NCBI GenBank assembly: GCA_964016885.1
Contig: OZ024741.1
Location: 103,230,001 to 103,294,000, forward strand
DNA length: 64,000 nt
Reading direction: 5' to 3'
DNA from: Eledone cirrhosa
Taxonomy: Eukaryota
Part shown: one piece after another, positions 23,860-36,228 of the stretch
How the letters are laid out: each line of letters opens with the position of its first letter
How positions within the stretch are numbered: position 1 is the first letter of the stretch
Program-made: the position numbers and the translations under genes
Notes under the pieces: model-generated
The model's input: the letters and a program-made list of their open reading frames with translations, nothing else
The model's database searches: none
Told to the model about the DNA's origin: nothing

Positions 23860-24677
23860 AACTCTCTTGTCTTCTTTATGCCTGCGAGACCTGGGTCACA
23901 TATCGACGCCACCTTAAGCAATTGGAGCGTTTCCATCAGATGTGTCTCAGACGGATACATGGCGTTCACTGGAGGGACCACATCAGTGATGTCGAGATTT
24001 TGGAAAGCTCTATGTGTGACAGTATAGAAGCTCTTGTGCTTAAGCAGCGACTCCGTTGGAGTGGTCACCTTGCCAGGATGAAGGATTCTAGAATACCAAA
24101 ACAACTCTTCTATGGAGAGTTGGTTAAAGGAAAACGACCGCCACATAAACCAAAAAAGAGGTATAAGGATTCCTTGAAGGCCTCTCTGAAAGACGCTAAC
24201 ATCTCTGCTGATACATGGGAAAATATTGCTGCTGATCGTAATAAATGGAGAAAGACTGTATATGAGGGAAAAGTTGCCTTTGAGGCATCTCGAATCGCAC
24301 ACGAGAAAGTAAAGCGGGACGTGAGGAAGGGTATTGCTGTTGCACTTCCAGACGGCGAGGGTCCTCCTAGGTTTCTGACATGCAGCGTCTGTGCGAGACT
24401 CTGCCTAAGCAAAGCTGGACTCGAAAGTCATCTTCGCAGTCATAAAGTAAGACCAGTGGTTGACTACCAGGCTGCTGTTGGAGATGCTACTTATCATGCT
24501 TGCCAAACATGTGGTAGAGAATGTAAATCAGCAGGAGGACTCAAGCGACATGCAAAAGTACACGAACTCCAACCACAGCCGACTATTCCCAGTAAATGTT
24601 TTGGTTGCCGACTCTGTGCAAGACATTTTAGATCATTGGCTGGGCTAAAAAGCCACATTCGATCGCAGCACTGTTAG
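23860..24677 (+). pseudogene. 5'-truncated RTE-clade LINE ORF C-terminus with three C2H2 zinc fingers
   Basis: LLYACETW, LERFHQMCLRRI, RLRWSGHLARM, IPKQLFYGEL, AADRNKWR, then CSVC..HLRSH, CQTC..HAKVH and CRLC..HIRSQH. The 3' tail resumes at 25160-25255. Confidence 0.88.
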
Positions 24678-24683
24678 TTGCTA

Positions 24684-24685
24684 TC

Positions 24686-24725
<40 letters not shown>

Positions 24726-24802
24726 GCTTATGTGCGTGCGTGTGTGTATATATATATGAATATGTATATTATTATTGTTGTTGTCGTTATTATTATTATT
24801 GC

Positions 24803-24845
<43 letters not shown>

Positions 24846-24963
24846 GTTATTAATGTATGTGTGTATATATGTGTGAGTGTATGTGTATGTATGTGTGTGT
24901 GTATATATGTATGTGTATGTATGTGTGTGTGTATATATGTGTGTATATATATATATATGTATA

Positions 24964-24996
<33 letters not shown>

Positions 24997-25027
24997 CTTT
25001 TCACTTTTTTTTTTTTTTTTTTTTTTT

Positions 25028-25078
<51 letters not shown>

Positions 25079-25160
25079 TTTTTTTTTTTTTTTTTTTATT
25101 TTTTTTTTTTATTTATTTTTTTTTTTTTTTTATTATTTTTTTTATTTTTTTTTTTTATTG
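24684..25160. repeat. Compound microsatellite block ((GT)n, (ATT)n, (TA)n, poly-T) inside the RTE 3' UTR
   Basis: Read directly. Confidence 0.9.
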
Positions 25161-25208
25161 TGCAATGGCCATACTCGATAACGAGGGGGCAGCCTTCATG
25201 TATGTATG

Positions 25209-25242
<34 letters not shown>

Positions 25243-25257
25243 TGTATGTATGTATGT

Positions 25258-26314
<1,057 letters not shown>

Positions 26315-26489
26315 TACATGACTTTTAGGGCATCCTGTGCACACACACACACACATACACACATAGTTATATGCATATATGTATATATATATATATATAT
26401 ATATCAAAGGTATATATTGAGTTAGAAACTCGAAATAGTCTCTTACAATTAAATAGCTCAAAGAAAGATGATTTTCTGAGCCGTGTAAT

Positions 26490-26872
26490 ATAATTAAATA
26501 TAAAAGAGAGATAAACACAGATATAAACATACATGTGTTCAAATCGTAAGGAACCAAGTTTGCTAGGGTGAAACAAATACTAACTATTAACGATATGGTT
26601 TGCCAGACTCAATTTAAAATAATAAATTTTACACCCATTGATGAGCAAAGAATTGGTAATTTCCTTCGCTAAAATTGCGAAACAGCATACCAAAACCGTC
26701 TGGGTGTTCTGGCAGGTTTGTTTTCCTTTTCTTAATTTATTATTTTAAATTGAGTCTGGCAAACCATATTGTTAATAGTTAGTACTATTTCCACTCTAGC
26801 GAACTTGGTTCCTTGCGATTTGAACATATGTATGTTCATATCTGTGTTTATCTCTCTTTTATATTCAATTAT
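26490..26872. repeat. About 135 bp inverted repeats enclosing a hammerhead
   Basis: 26490-26628 is the reverse complement of 26734-26872. Confidence 0.85.
26631..26707 (+). ncRNA. Type I hammerhead, C3U core, imperfect stem III
   Basis: ACACCCA-TTGATGA-GCAA...TTGC-GAAA-CaG...CcG-TC-TGGGTGT. Confidence 0.6.
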
Positions 26873-27051
26873 GTGGAAAGGGAGATGTATTTTAATTATG
26901 TCTCATATAAAATAATACAACTGGCTATCCGCAAAATACATATAGTTAGCACCCCAAACGTAAAATTGGGATTATACTAAGGTATATCCTAATGTTTGTT
27001 GAGTGAGATGGAAGCCGGTCAGAGTATTGCTTAAAGCTTTCTCTGTTAATG

Positions 27052-27118
<67 letters not shown>

Positions 27119-27120
<2 letters not shown>

Positions 27121-28158
27121 ACCATAGACTGGAGAACTCTACAACGCTCGCCAATAAAACCTGGCAGCTTAAAAATACAAACCAGGAATATAGGATTAGC
27201 TGATCAAAATTATCGGGAGCAAGGGCCTACAATAATTGAATGTCCCACTGCAGACTTTGCAATATGGAGCTATTCCATATTTTAAGTTACGATAAGATGC
27301 TGCTTAACAGCAAAATAGAAAGATCAATTTTCTGTAGGCACAAAATAGCTACCAAGTTCACAAATTTCAAACCACCGTGATTCGACCCAGCAATCCCAAA
27401 ATTAGAACTGAACCACCTGGATTTTAACGTACGGAATATATACTATCACACTCCTATTAGCTGTCAAATAACTGACTGGTCACTAGATCATAAATCTCTT
27501 AACATCTCTTTTACCCTCTCTCCCTGAAACCACATCAACCCCATTAAGACAAGACAATCAGCAAAACATTTACCACACATAGCAAAAACCACTCTTCACC
27601 ATCCATCCTTAGCCCTTGGGTCTCATACTAGTATCTCCCACTTAATTTCTAATTTATTGCTTTTTCTTTTATCTGTCATTTGTTACTACCTCAGATTCTC
27701 TACACGTATCTATGTATGTTTCGAATATGGCTTTTCATGTTAGCACAACATCCACCCCAGCATCCTTATACAGACACTTACTCACCACTACCATTATTAT
27801 CAACTATCGTATTCTGCTCTCACTTATGTTTATTTCTTAATATTTTTTAATATTTTTTTATTTTTTTACTTTTTTATTGTATCTTTTTTCTTACTTTTTA
27901 CTTTTTACATCTGTAACTTATTTACCTATTTATCATTATATTTTATTATTGCTGTTATTGTTTTGATTCTACGCTATTTCTGTATATATACCATGCCATG
28001 TATGAATTCTTTGTATTCTGAGGATTTGATCAGAGGTAAATAATGTATTGGAGATTGAGTGATACAACTTCGAGCGATTAGCGGCCTCTAGACTCACCTG
28101 ATCAATGAAAGAATTGTTAATACCTGAAATAAAGCTCCTTGTTGTACAGTCGACCATG

Positions 28159-28160
<2 letters not shown>
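27119..28160 (+). mobile_element. 3' fragment of a Hydra-like PLE (EN tail, 3' UTR, HHR) between (TA)n tracts
   Basis: LENSTTLANKTWQLK...HCRLCNMELFHILSYDKMLLNSKIERSIFCRHK. Confidence 0.8.
28013..28123 (+). ncRNA. Hammerhead with canonical core and long stem II
   Basis: GTATT-CTGAGGA-t-TTGATCAG...CTGATCAA-t-GAAA-gAATTG-TT-AATAC, followed by AATAAA. Its 3' half recurs inverted at about 35704-35768. Confidence 0.68.
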
Positions 28161-28212
<52 letters not shown>

Positions 28213-28450
28213 GTGTATATATATATTTGGGGGTGTTAGTAGGCGCTTGTCATCTTACCACCCCATTCCTACTGACTAGCCTCTGTGTCACGTGATTGAT
28301 TCTTTAGAATCGGCCATATGATCAGTGGCAGTGAGAATTTTCAGTAGCTGGAATCCAGTCCTCGATAGCTGTTCCATTTACCGAATTATTATTATTTTTA
28401 TATGAGTCGCCAGTGTCCGCGCATCGCCTGGAGACTCGGCTGAGAATGAC

Positions 28451-28530
28451 CTCCCTGATGACGCAATGAAATTCTCAACGGTTCATTACGTAACTGTCTT
28501 TATCCCATTGCAGAAACTAATTAGTTGGAG
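28451..28530 (+). ncRNA. Hammerhead with canonical core and palindromic stem III
   Basis: CTCC-CTGATGA-c-GCAATG...CATTGC-a-GAAA-CTAATTAG-TT-GGAG. Confidence 0.78.
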
Positions 28531-29008
28531 TGAAAATTTAAGTAAGTAAGTTAATTTTTTAAAAAAAATTTTTTAAAAAATTTTCTTATATTACGTCTTT
28601 TATATTATTGTTCTGCATTCTCCTGCATCGAACCACCTAGGTACTATGACATAACCTGTGTATTTGCTGGCATTGGCGTACATCTGTGCGCTTATGTTAG
28701 TAGATATATTTAATTATCTATATTTATCTCCAAATCACTGATTTGTCGAGCAAACCTGCCAAAACCACTTCTAAAAATTTTTTTTGGGGGGTGTTAGTAG
28801 GCGCTTGTCATCTTACCACCCCATTCCTACTGACTAGCCTCTGTGTCACGTGATTGATTCTTTAGAATCGGCCATATGATCAGTGGCAGTGAGAATTTTC
28901 AGTAGCTGGAATCGAGTCCTCGATAGCTGTTCCATTTACCGAATTATTATTATTTTTATATGAGTCGCCAGTGTCCGCGCATCGCCTGGAGACTCGGCTG
29001 AGAATGAC

Positions 29009-29088
29009 CTCCCTGATGACGCAATGAAATTCTCAACGGTTCATTACGTAACTGTCTTTATCCCATTGCAGAAACTAATTAGTTGGAG
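29009..29088 (+). ncRNA. Second hammerhead of the 558-bp tandem
   Basis: Identical to 28451-28530. Confidence 0.78.
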
Positions 29089-29190
29089 TGAAAATTTAAG
29101 TAAGTTAATTTTTTTTTTTTTTTTTTTTTTAAAGTTTTCTTATATTACGTCTTTTATATATATATATATATATATACATATATATACATA

Positions 29191-29281
<91 letters not shown>

Positions 29282-29330
29282 TAATAAAATAATGAATAAA
29301 CAAAGAAACAGTTCCTTATATTAAAAAAAT

Positions 29331-29472
29331 TCATCATTTTACGATCGTTTCTAGGATATATATGTGTTAGAGTTGGTATGCATATTCTATAGATCTATGT
29401 ACAATATTTATACAAACTATCAGAGGGAATATACATACCTACACATATATATGCTGTCTTCAGAAATAATGA
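29331..29472 (-). ncRNA. Hammerhead with about 105 nt stem II region
   Basis: Reverse complement of 57478-57619. Confidence 0.72.
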
Positions 29473-30113
29473 TATTTGTTTATTGAAAAAAAACAAAGAT
29501 TCAATACAATAGGTCTGTTTGGGAACAGGTTTTGAATTGACCAATAGAGAGATAGTGAGGGTCAAGATAGTAATATAGTAGTAGAAGAATCTTAAATTAT
29601 GGGTAGAGGAAGGTAGGTTTCAGTTTTGGATGGAAAAGAATATTATGAATGAAAGATTATTTTAGGGAAGAAAATAGGTCATATGCTGACCTCAGAAAAA
29701 ATTTTATTTGTTCATTGAATAAAACCAACAAAGATTTAATATATTCTGTCTGTTTGGTAAGAGGTTTAGAATTAACCAATAGAAAGTTAATAATTGGCCA
29801 AATGGTAAAATAGTAGTAATTGAAGATTATTTTAGGGGTGAAAATAGGTCAGGTCAGTAAAAGGTATACAAGCAGTTGCTGTTATAAAATAGTAATGCCA
29901 ATGCAAATATCTAAGGAGACTAAAGTTTTACGATAAGAGTGTTAGTGAAAAAAATACATCTATGAAAAGAATATAAATTAATTTAATTGATGGGTATATT
30001 TATATTGATAAAATTATAATAATACATATAGATATGATAAATAAGAGTTAGATGCAGTTGAAAAGTGCTGTTAAAGATGAGGGGAAATTAAAAGAATATA
30101 AAATATAAACATA

Positions 30114-30192
<79 letters not shown>

Positions 30193-30632
30193 CACACACA
30201 CATATACACACATATATATATATATACACACACACATATATACATACATACATACATATATATATATACACTCATTTATCATATCTATATGTATTAGTAT
30301 AATTTTATCAATATAAATATACCCATCAATTAAATTAATTTATAAAAAAAACAACCAATTTATCACATGAGTCAGATGGAGGGCCTACCACTTCGATAAA
30401 AAAACAAAATGTACTGATAGGAAATATTTGTATGATTTCACTACATATAAAAATCCACCACACAACTCCTTACTTGAAACCTTTGAGAAAGACCTTTTTA
30501 ATTTAATCAAACACCTCAAATTTAAGAGGTATAAATTTAATTTTCAAAAGGACCTTGATTCTACCCTATTGGACCTAAAAAAATCTTTAAAAAATCCATG
30601 TCCACTCGGACAAAACTGGAAATCTATATCAC

Positions 30633-32720
30633 ATGGATATTGAAAATTACAATGAGTTCATATATAAAGAACTCAGGAAAAATTATAGAAAAACAAACAA
30701 TGCGTCACTTACCAACATCAACAACAAAACACACAGCATAGTGAATAGACTTAATATTGAAGATAGAACTGTACCTTTGGCACTGAAAAGACCACACTTC
30801 AACCTGAAAGATCATAAACCTAACTTTAACTCTAATCCTTCTATAAGGCTTATATGCCCTTCCAAATCTGATATTGGAATCATTAGTAAAAATTTTTTAG
30901 ATAGAGTCATCCCACAACTAAGAAAACATGTTAATTTACCACTCTGGGAAAACACATCCCAGGTAATTAACTGGTTTAATAATATTAGAAATAAATCCTC
31001 TGCTTCATTTCTACAATTTGATATAGATAATTATTATTCTTCTATATCACCTATACTCCTGAACAAAGCCTTGATATTTGCTAAAAATAGATCTAACTTA
31101 ACTTTGGATGACATTAATATTATTACACATGCTAGACTAACACTATTGGAATTTCAGAATGACTACTGGACCAGAAACACATATAGTAATCTATTCGATA
31201 TTACTATGGGCTCAAGCGATTCTGCCCAAATTACTGATCTTGTGGGCCTCTTTCTTCTTTTTAACATAAATGCTTCCTTTCCCCACCTTAAGGGTGGTTT
31301 ATATCGTGACGACTGTCTTCTTCTTTCCAATAACCTTAGCCTCTCAGAGATAGAAAAAAATAAAAAGCTTATTAGAACTTTCCTTAAAGACTATTATAGT
31401 CTAGATATTACATTTGAAAACACAAGTAAAGTAGTTAATTTCCTAGATATAACATTAGACTTATCTACGGGTATCTACCAACCTTACCATAAACCCAACC
31501 AAAATTTACACTACATACACTCACAATCTAATCACCCTAAATCTATCCTTAAAAACCTTGCATATAATATATCACTTAGAATTTCTAACCTCTCGTCTAA
31601 CCAAGATGTATTTGATAAAAATGCGACCTTTTATAACGAAGCTCTAGCTAGAAGTGGCCACAAAAATAAATTAGTATATATACCTTCTACCAATAACACT
31701 ACAAACATACAACCTAATATTACCAACAAAAACCAAATGAAACATACACACCTAAATGCCACTCACACTATACCCCAAAACACCAACATAAAACCAAATT
31801 TATCTAACTCTTCTAATATACAATATAGTAACTCTCAAAAAACTACTCATCCTACAACTCTAATAAATGTTAGTAATAAAACTCCTAATAAACAAGCTAA
31901 AACACCTAAATCAGTAAATCTAACTAAAAATGTGTGTGGTGAGGTCATTAACAATAATTCTCTTAATAAACATCAGGATGCATCCTATAAAAACAATAAA
32001 CGACATCGAAACCGTTATAGACGAGTTACTTGGTATAATGCTCCATTTAATTTACAAATTAAGGATAATATACCTAAAAAATTCTTTAATATCCTAGAGA
32101 AAAACTTCCCGCCAAACCACAAATACCATCAAATTTTAAATAGATCAACAGTTAAATTCTCCTACTCAACAACCAAAAACATAAAACAAAATATAAGTGC
32201 CTATAATGCATATAAGTGTATAAAAACCATGAGTATACCACCAGTACATCAAACTAACCATAATATCTCCTCAGATACAGGATTCACGAAAAGTTGTAAC
32301 TGTAGAAACAAGGCAAACTGTCCATTAAAAGGAAATTGCCTTGTTAATAACATAGTATATAAATGTAAAGTTAACACTAAGGACTCAATTTATTCATATA
32401 TAGGAGCTAACTCTAACAAATTTAAGGTAAGATTTAATACCCACAAACATAGTTTTAAAAATGCCGCACTAGCTAATACAACATCTCTAGCTGAAATAAT
32501 TAATAGTTATAGAAAGAGGAATATAGATTATGACCTGACCTGGAATGTGCTCAAAAGGGCCACCCCTTATCAAAATAGTAGATATGAATGTAGATTATGT
32601 TCCCAAGAACTTTTTGAAATAATGAAATCTAAGGATATCCTATTAAATAAGCGACAGGAATTAATAATCTCGTGTAATCATAAACTGAGAAAAACCTTTA
32701 AATATTATAAACCTAATTAA
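30633..32720 (+). CDS. PLE reverse transcriptase + GIY-YIG endonuclease (695 aa open; N-terminus continues in 30428-30643 across one frameshift)
   Basis: LKDHK, IRLICPSKSDIG, QFDIDNYY, MGSSDSAQ, GLYRDD, VNFLDITL, SNHP, WYNAPF, CNCRNKANCPL, IVYKC..YIGA..FKVRFNTH, CRLC..E, LLNKRQE..SCNH. Confidence 0.92.
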   Translation: MDIENYNEFIYKELRKNYRKTNNASLTNINNKTHSIVNRLNIEDRTVPLALKRPHFNLKDHKPNFNSNPSIRLICPSKSDIGIISKNFLDRVIPQLRKHVNLPLWENTSQVINWFNNIRNKSSASFLQFDIDNYYSSISPILLNKALIFAKNRSNLTLDDINIITHARLTLLEFQNDYWTRNTYSNLFDITMGSSDSAQITDLVGLFLLFNINASFPHLKGGLYRDDCLLLSNNLSLSEIEKNKKLIRTFLKDYYSLDITFENTSKVVNFLDITLDLSTGIYQPYHKPNQNLHYIHSQSNHPKSILKNLAYNISLRISNLSSNQDVFDKNATFYNEALARSGHKNKLVYIPSTNNTTNIQPNITNKNQMKHTHLNATHTIPQNTNIKPNLSNSSNIQYSNSQKTTHPTTLINVSNKTPNKQAKTPKSVNLTKNVCGEVINNNSLNKHQDASYKNNKRHRNRYRRVTWYNAPFNLQIKDNIPKKFFNILEKNFPPNHKYHQILNRSTVKFSYSTTKNIKQNISAYNAYKCIKTMSIPPVHQTNHNISSDTGFTKSCNCRNKANCPLKGNCLVNNIVYKCKVNTKDSIYSYIGANSNKFKVRFNTHKHSFKNAALANTTSLAEIINSYRKRNIDYDLTWNVLKRATPYQNSRYECRLCSQELFEIMKSKDILLNKRQELIISCNHKLRKTFKYYKPN

Positions 32721-33083
32721 TATACACTTTAGAAATTAATATATAAACTGTTTTTAATTTAGTTAACCTATAATTAATATTCTACTACTGATGAACTACA
32801 TAATTTTACTTTCCTTCTCACAACTATCATTTCCTAAAACTGATACCATTAAGTAAACATATATAATGCTTTAACTTCAGGTTATGACTCTATGTTCCTT
32901 GAAATCTATATATATTTATTATTTCTCACTAATAAATTTAATTCCCCCTCCCCAATAATTATATGTATATGTAAGTGTGTGTGTGAGTGTATATATATAT
33001 GTATGTATGTATGTATATATGTGTGTGTGTATATATATATATATGTGTATATATATATATATATGTGTGTATATGTGTGTGTG

Positions 33084-33168
<85 letters not shown>

Positions 33169-33468
33169 TATGTTTATATTTTATATTCTTTTAATTTCCC
33201 CTCATCTTTAACAGCACTTTTCAACTGCATCTAACTCTTATTTATACATTTCTTATCTATACATGAGGGTCTTTGAAAAGGGTATGTCTTGCTAATAAGT
33301 GTTTTTACGGAGATACCTGGTCTTTCTACTATCTTAATATTGAGTTTATGTTTATCTAGGGCCCTTCTAAATTTGTAAGCTAATTCACCTCTAGGAGTTG
33401 TATCAATGAACATTACGCTCTGGTATTTATTGCTATCATACCATGAGTTTATTCTATTAGCCTTGTTC

Positions 33469-35228
33469 ATACGCCCCATCATTGAAATGTCCCCAGATGT
33501 ATGTGACAGCACGGAGGACCTCCTCAGCAGAATCGGCGAGAGTAACCGATCTAGGGACCTAACAAACTGCATAATAGGTAGTATGGATGTATCCATATAT
33601 TGACGTGGATTTTGCTGTGGAGAAATGCGTAGAAATCATCAGTGAGAGCTATGTTGAGTTCCGTGGGATTGATACCAGTGAGCTGGGACTCCTACTTAAA
33701 CTTACCTATAATAATAATTACCTAGACACATATGACCTTAGCAACCTGTGCCCTACAAGACCAGCAAGAGGCAGACCACCTAGCATTACCTCAATGGCCA
33801 AGAAAACCCACACAGATAGATGGAACGGGTGGACCAGAGCCATACGGACACCCGAAAACCACGATGAACTGAAGAAAATGATTGCACATGCGGTAGGGGC
33901 CAGCATAAAACTAACCCTTAAGGAACATATGTTCAAATTTAATGGAAAAACATATGCCCAAGAGGAAGGAGCAGCCATTGGTGTTAGCATTGCAGGCGAC
34001 ATAGCTAACTTATTCATGGTATGGTGGGACAGTAGACTTAAACTTAAACTTAAAGAACAATTAGAAGACACCTTAACCCTGATAATGTACTCCCGCTACG
34101 TTGATGATACAAACATCGTAGTTAAAACACCCCCACTAGAGAACAGTCAGGAACTAGAGAAAAACACAATGGAAAGCATCCAGCAAATAGCTAACTCCAT
34201 CCACCAAAGTATTAGAGTTACTATAGACTACCCAAGTAAACACCCCAACCATCGATTACCTGTACTAGACACAGAGCTCTGGTTAGATACCATTAATAAC
34301 AAAAAAACCAATCCTCCATTCCCATTATGCCAAACCCATGACTTCCAAACATCTGATCCACCGAAACTCAGCCGTTTCGGACCATACCAAAATCAACATA
34401 CTGATTGCGGATTTGGTACGGGTGATGAGAAACGTGTCCCGCATGTGCAACCCCGAAGAACTAGAGAGACACATACAACACTTCATCCACCGTATGCAGT
34501 TCTCTGGCTACAATCAGAGAGATAAAATCAGAGTGTATAGAGGAGCCAGAACCAAATGGGAAAAAATGGTAAATAATGACATAAATGGGACCTGCCCCTT
34601 GTATAGGAGCAAATTTTGGAATAGAATAGAAAGAACTAGGAACAAGGCTAATAGAATAAACTCATGGTATGATAGCAATAAATACCAGAGTGTAATGTTC
34701 ATTGATACAACCCCTAGAGGTGAATTAGCTTACAAATTTAGAAGGGCCCTAGATAAACATAAACTCAATATTAAGATAGTAGAAAGACCAGGTATCTCCG
34801 TAAAAACACTTATTAGCAAGACATACCCTTTTCAAAGACCCTCATGTATAGATAAGAAATGTATAACCTGTAAAATAAGCCCCCATATTAACTTTAAAAC
34901 TAGAAATGTAGTGTATAGCATAAGATGTACTGAAGGACAATGTAGAGACAAAAATATAGTGTACATAGGTGAGACAGCTCGTAGTGTAGGGGAACGGATA
35001 AATGAACACTGGCGAGACCTTCAAGATAGTAAAGAATCATCTGTACTCTACCAACATGCTAAAATAGAACACAAGGGTAAATTAGAGAACATAGAAATAA
35101 AAATAGAATCTACACACAGAAAAGACGCAATGTTTAGACAAATCACAGTGGCAATAAACATAAAAGAATTACAACCAAAATTAAATAGAAAATATGAGTG
35201 GAACAGCAACATCACAACTTACAATTAA
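33469..35228 (+). pseudogene. PLE RT + GIY-YIG ORF, two frameshifts
   Basis: IGSMDV / YPYID, QEEGAAIGVSIAGDIANLFM, YSRYVDDT, LPVLDTEL, CIDKKCITC, NVVYSIRC..VYIGETARSVGERINEH, LYQH, LNRKYEW. Confidence 0.9.
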
Positions 35229-35432
35229 GGACAAAATGAAAACACACACACACATAGAACAAACAACCAACCAGTAACATGTAAATAAACAAATAAATAA
35301 ATGAACATAAACACACACAGACACCCGGATGTGGCGCATGCGCAGACTGAGCACACAACACACACACAGAAACAAAATGGCGTAGGTCAGAACAACGGAG
35401 AGGCACAAAAACAAAGAAGAAAAGAATCCCCA

Positions 35433-35475
35433 GTCACTGAAGAGGTCACAGAGTGTGTGACGAAAGAACTATGAC
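35433..35475 (+). ncRNA. Minimal hammerhead-like motif
   Basis: GTCA-CTGAAGA-g-GTCACA.gagtg.TGTGAC-GAAA-GaaC-TA-TGAC; one extra G before stem II. Confidence 0.6.
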
Positions 35476-35659
35476 AATATATAAACAACTATCTGGTTGT
35501 GGAACCAACCAGAAATTTATAAATTTATTATAATAAATTGAAGTGAAAGCAACTGGTGCGTGTGTTTCTTATTGGCAACATGACCCTCCCAAAGTATAAC
35601 AATATCGGTTTCAACACACGATTTCAGATAAAGAATCTTGCTAAACAAATTCAGAAACG

Positions 35660-35694
<35 letters not shown>

Positions 35695-35703
35695 AAGATT
35701 GAA

Positions 35704-36228
35704 GAGTAACATGGTTGGCTGTACAACAAGGGGCTTTATTTCAGGTATTAATAATTGTTTCATTGATCATTACAATAAAAATGCATCACGAACGAGATAG
35801 AAAAAATATATAAGACATCAACACACGAAAATCTAACATACATTAACAACCAGGCCAAGACAATAATGGTAGACCTTAAGACACTCAGGATCTCAATTAA
35901 GGACCATAAACCGGATTTTCAGAGTAAACTACCAGTTAGGTTTATAGCACCCTCCAAATTAGAATTAGGTAGATTTAGTAAATCCAGTAATACCAGAACT
36001 TAGCCTGTGGTTCTGTACTAGAGAGGTTATTGGTGGGTCTCCAGCATCGAAACCAAGTCAGATGTTCGATTCGTCCAACTCGACATTGCGAGCTACTATC
36101 CCTCAATATCCCCACTCATCTTAAACAAGGCACTGATCTTAGCCATGAACAGGTCAAGCCTCACTAGAAAGGAAGTTGACATCATCTTAGTCGCCAGAAA
36201 ATCACTACTAGAATTCGTCGGTAAATTA
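35704..36228 (+). pseudogene. Decayed Hydra-like PLE RT fragment with inverted 3' tip
   Basis: IKDHKPDFQSKLPVRFIAPSK..., VQLDIASYYPSISPLILNKALILAM..DIILVARK. 35704-35768 is the reverse complement of about 28099-28161. Confidence 0.8.

Larger units (their letters stand above)
28229..29157 (+). mobile_element. ORF-less partial tandem repeat (558 bp period, about 1.7 units), one HHR per unit: candidate retrozyme
   Basis: 28229-28603 is repeated at 28787-29157, with (TA)n on both sides. A diverged copy lies at 51728-52100. Confidence 0.75.
29278..33242 (+). mobile_element. Near full-length Hydra-like PLE with about 1 kb inverted 5' arm; 3' UTR cut by the next PLE
   Basis: 29278-30270 is the reverse complement of the family's 3' UTR (complete at about 56700-57676). 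A further small fold-back lies at 30271-30343. Confidence 0.9.
33242..35515 (+). mobile_element. 5'-truncated PLE of a third type (possibly Nematis-like) with an inverted duplicate of an internal segment
   Basis: 33242-33468 is the reverse complement of about 34640-34866. The ORF starts at 33469 and an HHR lies in the 3' UTR. Confidence 0.85.

Noticed and set aside
32787-32800. CTGATGA in the PLE 3' UTR (also at 56406)
   Set aside because: No stem II followed by GAAA and stem III lies downstream.
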